In this document: one piece after another, positions 54,501-64,000 of the stretch
How positions within the stretch are numbered: position 1 is the first letter of the stretch
How the letters are laid out: every line of letters begins with the position of its first letter
Origin: Veleropilina oligotropha
Lineage: Eukaryota
Assembly: GCA_048128005.1 (NCBI GenBank)
Contig: JBEUKZ010000058.1
Span: 1-64,000, forward strand
DNA: 64,000 nucleotides
Direction of reading: 5' to 3'
Made by a program: the position numbers and the translations under genes
Notes under the pieces: model-generated
Told to the model about the DNA's origin: nothing
What the model saw: only the letters and a program-made list of their open reading frames with translations
Database searches by the model: none

Positions 54501-57345
54501 CTACATGACAGACTGGGAACACACAGTTGATGGATTAACACACAAGAGTTCTACATGACAGACTGGGAACACACAGTTGATGGATTAACACACAAGAGTT
54601 CTACATGACAGACTGGGAACACACAGTTGGTGGATTAACACACAAGAGTTCTACATGATATCCTGGGAACACAGGAGTGAATGAATGAACACACAAGAGT
54701 TCTACAAGATATCCTGGGAACACATGAGTGGATGGATTAACACACAATAGTTCTACATGATATCATGCATTTTCTCAAATCGGCAGTTAATCATGGCAAT
54801 AATGCCAATTAGAATTATTTCAGCGAATCCCCATTTGAAACACACTCATTGGAATCTAATACTTACAACTCGAATCCCGTCGTGTCTCTCCTTAGCGCTA
54901 TATAATACGGGCAAAGCTAACGGCTAAAAATAACATTCGGGTCATACTCACTTGGAGCGGGGGTGTAAGCCTGCCAGTGGGCGGGGCAGCTCTAGTTGGT
55001 AATCAAACATGACCGATTAATCCAACTAATGGCCAGCATGCGATACACTCATTATAATTATCTGACACTACTGGAACACTTTATGGTAAACATTGATGTC
55101 CAATGAGGAACTTGGTAAACAAATGTTGATATCTTTTAACTTCGGGAGCTACCAAATATTGGGGCCCCACACGGAAGTAAAATTGGGAGATCCCTCGTTG
55201 AAATGCGAGTCTCTTGTGCAGATCAGGAGAGTTGGCAGGTATGCGTGTTATTTGTCGCAACAAATAAACTGCTATAATGGAAGTGCTATGTAATGCACTT
55301 TTGACTATTTTCAAATATTGTATTCAACTTCAAGAGCACTTTATGAAAAACTACACAATGCCTATAAATGGCAGCTGCTGTTGAATATACACCGCATACC
55401 TGGATAACTTCAAGATCGGTAATATTTCCTTCTTCTGTCAAAATGTGGGCAACACCTGAAATATAAATCAGTGAAATTAAAATTAAAAACACGACAGTCT
55501 GAGTTTGCACACCTTCGGTTGCTGATCGGCCAGATGCTCAGCCCCAACTTTCTGAAATGAACTGAAATTAAATTAAACACTTACAATTTGACTGACTTTC
55601 TAAATGTTCCGGTATCAAAATCGTATATAGCAGTGTTGCCAGTCTTCCGGGAATTCACGGATATTTCTTCAGGATAATTAATATGACGCAAAATTTTCTC
55701 CGGAGACTTGCGTTAATAAAAAATATATTCGAATCCCATGGTTAGTTAATGATGTTTTAGGCCCGCATCCAGCTCATTGTCGTTTAACAAGCCACATTTT
55801 GTGACTGTTAATTTATGAACTCGCATGACCCTGATCGCTACTATCATTGCAACGCAATGCTGCTGACTTCCATTCATCCAAATGTTTTCAGGTACATATT
55901 TACCGTAATTCAGACAGTAATTATCGGGTCTTTTAACGAACTAGTAGTACTTTTTTATTACAAAGGACATTTTCACTACTCTAATATTGCATTAACTTTG
56001 AGGGACTACTTCTCGAAATCCCGTAATTATTACGCGATAAGCATGTGCCCAGTTTATAAATGTGCGACCAGTTTTAGCTTTTGAGTGTCATTTCTGAAGT
56101 AATTATTTTAAATATACCAACGGAAACGGATTACCTAGGAAAGTTATAAAGAAAAGGCTGTAAGGTATGTTATTAAAAATACGACTTTGTAAACTACTTT
56201 AGAGTGTTTTTACTTGTTCCCGTTGCGACGAAGACTGAAAAATTGTTAAAACATGGTCGTAAAACTAAAGTGATTTAATACTATGTGTCTTGTTACTGGA
56301 CTCTTGTCATAATGTTATAATTATGTAAAATTATGGCGAACATGCACTGGGGCTAAACCTCCAGCTACCATCCAGACCCTTGGGACATCCACCCCCATAA
56401 TCTCAGCATGGTATCTATAATCCAGACTCTTGGGACATCCACCCCCAGAATCTCAGCATGGTATCTATAATCCAGACTCTTGGGACATCCACCCCAGAAT
56501 CTCAGCATGGTATCTATAATCCAGACCCTTGGGACAACCACCCCCAGAATCTCAGCATGGTATCTATAATACAGACCCTTGGGACATCCACCTCCAGAAT
56601 CTCAGCATGGTATCTATAATCCAGACCCTTGGGACATCCACCCCCAGAATCTCAGCATGGTATCTATAATCCAGACTCTTGGGACATCCACCCCCAGAAT
56701 CTCAGCATGGTATCTATAATCCAGACCCTTGGGACATCCACCCGCAGAATCTCAGCATGGTATCTATAATCCAGACCCTTGGGACAACCACCCCCAGAAT
56801 CTCAGCATGGTATCTATAATCCAGACCCTTGGGACATCCACCTCCAGAATCTCAGCATGGTCTCTATAATCCAGACCCTTGGGACATCCACCCCCAGAAT
56901 CTCAGCATGGTCTCTATAATCCAGACCCTTGGGACATCCACCCCCAGAATCTCAGCATGGTATCTATAATCCAGACCCTTGGGACATCCACCCCCAGAAT
57001 CTCAGCATGGTATCTTTAATCCAGACCCTTGGGACATCCACCTGCATAATCTCAGCATGTGACGGTTTCATTCAAGTTTGAATCAAGACCAAGCACTTGG
57101 AGGACCGATTAAATATTAACAATTTGAGAATCTACACAACAGAACGGCCACTTAATTTGTAATGTATACAATGGAAGAATATACAGGGTGGATATCTGTC
57201 ATTTACCAATTGGGTGGTTTATATAAGGTGTTTGTTCTTGGTCTTTTCGCCTTTGATCCCTGTGTTTTTGGGCTGCGAAGTCCGTTGTTTTGATCAAGCA
57301 CTGTATGATTGTGACACTATGGCTTTGAACATTTAATTCTTCCAT
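48553..57345 (-). CDS. HDDC3: HD domain-containing protein 3 / MESH1 (ppGpp hydrolase / NADPH phosphatase), ~188 aa
   Basis: Phase-compatible exons 57345-57207 (MEEL...[14 protein letters not shown]...PYINHPIG), 55455-55400 (VAHILTEEG...VIQ), 50544-50463 ([14 protein letters not shown]...) and 48842-48553 (EVTDDK...[12 protein letters not shown]...stop). Confidence 0.95.
50050..50308 (-). mobile_element. tRNA-derived SINE (reverse copy)
   Basis: Reverse complement resembles 20331-20583. Confidence 0.6.
50542..54765. repeat. ~51-bp satellite array (~4.2 kb) in HDDC3 intron 2
   Basis: Unit GCCTGGGAACACATGAGTGGATGGATTAACACACAAGAGTTCTACATGACA; source of the spurious repetitive ORFs. Confidence 0.97.
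56370..57059. repeat. 50-bp minisatellite in HDDC3 intron 1
   Basis: Unit CCAGACCCTTGGGACATCCACCCCCAGAATCTCAGCATGGTATCTATAAT. Confidence 0.95.
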
Positions 57346-57932
57346 ATTAAATACGATTAGTTATCTGTTTATTTGGAGTAGTTTATTTAGCTTAGTCAAC
57401 TAACATTCGAGTACAATTTGTAAACACATGTGATGGTCACATGACTTCATTTTACGGCAGTCGTCATGAAATATTTTAAGCATAATTTAAACAAAATAGG
57501 TATTTATATGAAAGGTAGCATTGCAATAACCTGTGCTGTTCATATTCTATGTTATTGTATATGCATTTCAGACACGAATTTATTGTCGTTAATTTCCCGC
57601 CAACCACTGTGATCTCGCTATTTCACACGAGACTCCAGAGGGAACATGGCCGCTCACACATTGTTGGAGAGCTGTAGAAAAATTTGATTTCTTTGCTAAA
57701 ATTAAGCTTTTAAAACCATTGATCTTCAATTACTACAATTTGCTGTGTTCTGCTGACAGTTTTCGCCATGATTCACAGAAAATTCTAGCGTTTGTACCTG
57801 TCGAGCTATGAGAAAAAGTCATCCATTTCCTCTGGATAAAGCTTCGTAAATCGCGTTATTGTTATACGATTTGTCGACTTATTGCTACGTTACTTTTAAT
57901 TTACTGTTAGTGTTTATTTATTTATATCAATT

Positions 57933-60900
57933 ATGTCGAAACAAGTAGAGTATAAACCAGGAGACAAGATATTCGCCAAGATGAAAGGCTATCCTCACTG
58001 GCCTTCTAGGGTGAGAATCCTAACTCCAGGTCTTGCTTATTATGTAATTGACAAGCACATAAAATGAAATTGTGCTTACTTTGTGAGATAATATTTTACT
58101 GTTGCATTCTATTTGATACCAGTGAGGGGTAGTTAGCAGTTTAGGGGTCCCCATGATACTATTCGTTCATATACCCTTTATCAATATCCAATTTGGACAC
58201 GATTTACGGACATTACCTTACAATATGGACATTAGGGTTTAGGAGTATATTCTATGGGCATTAGGGTCAGTGTATTGGTAAGCAGGGTTAGCTAACCCTA
58301 TACTAGGGACCCTTAAACTGCAAGTGCCCCCCAGTGAGTAACAAGTTTTGTATTGCATCATGTCAATGTTTTGTGCTGGTACGTAAATTGTGCACATAGA
58401 GTGAACTGATGATGTAATCATTTTTTTATTGATTTCTGTATCGATTTCCTTGTTTCAATTTGACGTAGAATTTAAATTTTGTCAATTGGAAATTTAGAAG
58501 TGTTCCTAAAGCTTAGCACATTGTCCGTCATGCGTTGTCATTGTTTTGTAATTTTTTCAGATTGATGAATTGCCAGATGGAGCGGTCAAACCTCCTAAAG
58601 GAAAGTATCCCATATTCTTTTATGGGACACACGAAACGTAAGTCATTATCTCCCGGAACAACAAAGTTGTCGGGGGTCTGGGATATAGAAATGAGTTCTG
58701 TGTTTCTATGCGTCAGACTTGCGGCCCACAGGATATCGATGACAGTTGACTATGTCTTCAAGTGTTTTTTAGTAACTTTTATGGCTATGTCACGTACAAA
58801 CAACTAAAAACGTTAACTAATAATGCAATCGTTTGACATTATTTCATAAAAATCATACCAATTGCAGTCAAGGTTGCGTAACCCAATTTTCGCTCGAGCA
58901 AAATTCGCGTAACCGTTAATGGTTAGCCAACTAAAAGTAACTTTACTTTATTCAAAACAATTATGAATATATATTTACCTTGACAGGGCTTAGTGGCAAC
59001 TTACCGCTATTTATAAACAAAACGTGGCCAAGTATGCAAATGTTTACTGTATACGTTTTCAAGGGTGAATTGTTGACATTCTCCAACCCAGCGACCTGCT
59101 TTCGTTGCCGTTCATTGCTAATAATAAACTGAGTATTCTTACTTTCTTTGTCTGGAGAAGGCGACTTTGGATTGTGGGACTGAAATACATGTGTTCACCG
59201 GGGTTCACATATTGTAAATCATGAGCGCTGCAAAATTTATTTCTGAATCTGAATTTATTTTAGTGTGTTTAGATCGCATGGTAGCGAATTTTTTAATAAT
59301 GACACTGAATTCGTCAATAACAATTAAGTTATAAATATAGAACTATACATTTCCGACAAAAAGTTCTCCGTGAGTTTACGGCAACAACCGAAGCTTGCCT
59401 GTCGTGAATTCGGCATCCTCAAAGTTTTGCGAGAGTCTGTGCTGCGATATTTGACTTTCAAAGACATGTCGGAAATTATAGAAGGTGACACATTATTGTA
59501 TCATTTGAACAATTATATCGATGTTGTTGTGTATTTGAAAACATTTTCTTTAGGTCAACAGTGTTTGTCTAGACAAGTTGACCTTTTTTTGGAAGATCAC
59601 GATGCATGTTGATACTACTCAGTCTAAAGAAAACGCGAAATCAGTGTTGACATTTTTGGAGCAATTCAACATTGATAGAAAAATGTTCTAATTTGTAAAA
59701 TTAATATTAATAAAATGTAAAATTGAATATCAGCCAAATTAATACCCTATACGGTACCAGGGCATATCCATATAATTATTATCATGAGAGAAACGCCAGG
59801 TCTCCAGGAAATTCACCCATCTTTGCCTGTAGGAACAGCTTTGGCTTAACTACGTACAAAAAGATATTACAGTCAGTAACTCAGCCATCATTACATCCCA
59901 ATGATGTAATACAGCTTAGTCATACAGTTATTATAGGCCCACATAAAAATGGGTTACGCAAATAAAATGGGTTACGCAACTGTTACTGTTAAAATTTCAA
60001 TTTGTGCAGGCCTGAATTGGAAAGATTTGAAGGTGATTGACAGAGTTGGGATCAGATTCAATCACTGGAAACGTATGAAACAAAGGACAAACTATGTAGC
60101 AAGATCATGTGGCCAACCTCTATCGGAATGATACCAAATGACACTATGTGACAGTCATTTGGACACACTTTAATAGTAACCATTTCAGCTGGTAATTACC
60201 TCAACCCAATGATACAAAGCAAGCATTTTAAAGTGCAGTCAATGATTACGATGTATATTGAATGCAAAATATATACTTGCAATAGGTTGTAGCTTGCAAT
60301 TGCTTCACAATAGTCAACCGAGAAGAAAATAAATATTTACATGTATGTTTTAGGGAGCATGGATATATGTACATAGAATATTTTATACTTTATATTGATG
60401 CTGAAATGTCTCCACAAGGTTATTACGTATCATGAAACAAAACAAATTTTGGTCATATGAATAAATACTTGTTTTACAATAATTGAATTGTGTTTCAGAG
60501 CTTTCCTGGCAACAAAAGATATTTATCCTTACGATAAATATAAAGACATGTATGCAAAGCCCCAGAAGCGAGTGGGATTCAACGAAGGATTGTGGGAAAT
60601 ACTCCACAAACCAGACGTCAAGTTTATAGGGAAAGTAAGTATGTCGACAACCGAGTGGTCACCTCTCTCAATGATGCCATTCTCGGCGGCTACCTAGTGG
60701 TCACTGCTCAATGATGCCATTCTCGGCGGCCACCTAGTGGTCACCTCTCAATGATGCCATTCTCGGCAGCCACCTAGTGGTCACTGCTCAATGATGCCAT
60801 TCTCGGTGGCCACCTAATGGTCACTGCTCAATGATACCATTCTCGGCATCCACCTAGTGGTCACTGCTCAATGATACCATTCTCGGCAGCCACCTAGTGG

Positions 60901-63370
60901 TCACTGCTCAATGATACCATTCTCGGCAGCCACCTAGTGGTCACTGCTCAATGATGCCATTCGCTGTGACAACAATTCGTAACAGATAGCAGTTAAATGA
61001 TTAATGTTTCGGTTTAACCCGTAGCCCGCTGATCACAACAATAGCTGCTTCACTCATAACAGTATAAGCCATTTTTTTCACTGCGGAATAAGAGTCAACA
61101 ACTTATAGTTTTAGGTTCAAACCTGGTACCAGGACATGTCTGTATTTTCGTGGTAGTAAGGCTGTATGACGTGACATCCTGCCATCACCGATCAGATATG
61201 GACAATTATGACTGATAATTGAACAAAGTGCTGTCGAGGATTCAAACCCACTTCTGTTAGACAGAGCAGTCAAGCGAGTGAATCAAGAGTCCACGCTCTT
61301 ATTACTCTGCTACTGGTGTGATATTAAGTTATAGCGCACGAGTCCACGCTCTTATTACTGTACTACTGGTGTGATATTAAGTTATAGCGCACGAGTCCAC
61401 GCTCTTATTACTGTACTACTGGTGTGATATTAAGTTATAGCGCACGAGTCCACGCTCTTATTACTGTACTACTGGTGTGATATTAAGTTATAGCGCACGA
61501 GTCCACGCTCTTATTACTGTACTACTGGTGTGATATTAAGTTATAGCGCACGAGTCCACGCTCTTATTACTGTACTACTGGTGTGATATTAAGTTATAGC
61601 GCACGAGTCCACGCTCTTATTACTGTACTACTGGTGTGATATTAAGTTATAGCGCACGAGTCCACGCTCTTATTACTGTACTACTGGTGTGATATTAAGT
61701 TATAGCGCACGAGTCCACGCTCTTATTACTGTACTACTGGTGTGATATTAAGTTATAGCGCACGAGTCCACGCTCTTATTACTGTACTACTGGTGTGATA
61801 TTAAGTTATAGCGCACGAGTCTACGCTCTTATTACTCTACTACTGGTGTGATATTAAGTTATAGCGCACGAGTCCACACTCTTATTACTCTACTACTGGT
61901 GTGATATTAAGTTATAGCGCACAAGTCCACGCTCTTATTACTGTACTACTGGTGTGATATGAAGTTATAGCGCACGAGTCCACGCTCTTATTACTGTACT
62001 ACTGGTGTGATATTAAGTTATAGTGCACGAGTCTACGCTCTTATTACTCTACTACTGGTGTGATATTAAGTTATTGCGCACGAGTCCACGCTCTTATTAA
62101 TCTACTACTGGTGTGATATTAAGTTATAGCGCACGAGTCCACGCTTTTATTACTCTACTACTGGTGTGATATTAAGTTATATCGCACGAGTCCACGCTCG
62201 TATTACTCTACTACGGGTGTGATATTAAGCTATAGCGCACGAGTCCACGCTCGTATTACTCAGCTACTGGTGTGATATTAAGTTATAGCACACATTAAAT
62301 AGTATTAGCCTTAATGAAAATGTATTGAGTTGATAAGTGTAATATTGCACAAGAATTGTATTGTTCCAAGCGAAAATAAGAAAACCATGTCTTTCATGAA
62401 AATTACAAGTTCACATAGAAATGATGAAATTTATGTATATCACAGTAACAGCTTTTCAGGATTTTTCCCTTATGATCATCACGGGTTTTGGTAGATATTA
62501 AGAAAGCGTGTACTAGATGAGATGAAGAGTAGGGGGATATTCTCAAATAAACTTGTACTGAAAACTGTATATTTTCAATATGCACATGACAAAGTAGCCG
62601 TGATTTTGATCGGAGCAGCCATGTCAAATTACTCTGGTCACGGCATGTAACAAAACCCATGGATCATTGTTATAAATGAAATGACAGTATATTGTATAAT
62701 TAAATATTCAAATGAAGGATAAACTTCCCGAGATAATATAGAATTTTTTTGCAGAAACAAACTTCGGAATCAGAAGATGATAGTGTCGAAGAAGCCAAAC
62801 CTCAAAAAGTAAGCATTTCCAAGTTCCATCTTCAGTTATGAGGATGGTTCAGATTCACTGTATCTGGTATTTTCTGCACTTGGGGATATTTTCCATTCAT
62901 AGATCAACACTACACGATGACTTCCCATGTCTTTTCAATGAAAATGAAGAAATATTAACAAGTTTTTTAAATTGGATTTCAGCATGGACGTCTTATGTAA
63001 ATTATTGTTATTTTTGTTCTTTCAATCATGAATTTTAATTCAATTTTTATAATGACATGAAACTACTTCAAATAGATTTAGTGTCTGATACCCAAGACAT
63101 GCAGGAAATGTGGTCAAAGACAGGAAGGAAAGTTTATATTTTCTTCGGAATGGAATTTGCACCTCACCTGCACGTATTTAGATGAAGCAAGTCTTGACAG
63201 TAAAGATCCTCGTTAATAATGCCGGGAATGCTTGTCATAGCTTCTCCCTTCCACACCTCTGTTTAATTCCTCATGACTTAATTACTTAGGCGTCTAGTTC
63301 CGACAGTGATTCAGATGAGAACAGGGACTCAGGTGACGATTCTGTGGATGAGGATATTTCGGCAAAGAAG
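57933..63370 (+). CDS. HDGF/HDGFL2/LEDGF-family PWWP-domain protein (5' part; continues beyond the window)
   Basis: Exons 57933-58010 ([26 protein letters not shown]), 58561-58637 ([26 protein letters not shown]), 60499-60634 ([11 protein letters not shown]...GFNEGLWEI), 62755-62808, 63290-63370; all GT-AG and in phase. Confidence 0.93.
60654..60962. repeat. 40-bp minisatellite
   Basis: Unit CACCTAGTGGTCACTGCTCAATGATGCCATTCTCGGCAGC. Confidence 0.9.
61287..62292. repeat. 53-bp minisatellite (~19 copies)
   Basis: Unit GAGTCCACGCTCTTATTACTGTACTACTGGTGTGATATTAAGTTATAGCGCAC. Confidence 0.95.
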
Positions 63371-64000
63371 GTAAATGTGTTTTGGGGAATGGTGGTAGAT
63401 CTGACTGGTGCTCGGAGTGTGCATGGCAGTAATCAAATGTATACATGTGCTATCAAACTTTCCATCAACATCACCTGCAGTATTTACTATTAACATATAT
63501 ATGCTCTGCATTTCTGGATTTGACTATCAATACCTGCAGTTCTTCTACTTAAGACTAAAATAAGAAATGTCGCAATTCACTATTAATGCATGTGATGATA
63601 ATGTAATGGCTTAATTGCTTAATACTAATTGTCAAAGATAGGGAAATAATAGTGCTGATGTAATTATACTTGATTACAACTATTTTACTAAATTAATGTA
63701 GATAGATATTGTAACATTGACGCAACCTCCCTATGGTACCGTAGTCATTCGCAATCGGTTTATTCGTCATAATCGCAGTTGCGAGTGGCTTCGTATCTAT
63801 ATGCCAACATTTATGTTGCGGGCAGAGCACGTTGCATTTGTGAGTACCGGTTATATTTTGATTTTGTGTCGACTGTCTGACGGTGCGAACAAAATTTGTA
63901 AACCAGTTTTCTTAAATCTTTTCCTGGCATTTCAATTAAATTGAACCTATCATGACTATTGCAATATATACAATACAGGGTTCTCCCACGCACTTATAAG

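Noticed and set aside
50568..54522. Cys/His-rich repetitive ORFs up to 416 aa
   Set aside because: Translation of the intronic 51-bp satellite.
9335..62292. CRISPR-like arrays among the 30-53-bp repeats
   Set aside because: Units are head-to-tail with no unique spacers, there are no cas genes, and the context is eukaryotic.

Overview
Animal genomic DNA: AT-rich with spliceosomal introns. The repeat landscape (Helentron-associated elements with internal tandem cores, tRNA-derived SINEs) suggests a mollusc or other lophotrochozoan; this is inference. Host genes: a hinderin/KIAA1328-like gene (+, 8 exons visible, 6590-16298), a solitary intronless histone H2A (+, 43380-43760), HDDC3/MESH1 (-, 4 exons, 48553-57345) and a head-to-head HDGF/LEDGF-family PWWP gene (+, from 57933). 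The main discovery is an apparently intact, GC-rich, ~15.7-kb endogenous Polinton-like DNA virus at 22699-38381. It has 278-bp near-perfect terminal inverted repeats, a probable 5-bp TSD (GCTTT) and about 16 tightly packed ORFs. These include an rve integrase, an A32/FtsK-type packaging ATPase, putative major and minor jelly-roll capsid proteins, several membrane proteins and a secreted Cys-rich cargo peptide. In place of the canonical pPolB plus protease it has a single ~1300-aa fusion of an HEH/Rho-N motif, a divergent family-B polymerase, an SF1 helicase and an HNH nuclease. Also present: a decayed Ginger-like integrase transposon, Penelope and LINE fragments, and many minisatellites, several of them seeded on splice junctions. 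All protein calls come from motif recognition by eye; no searches were run.
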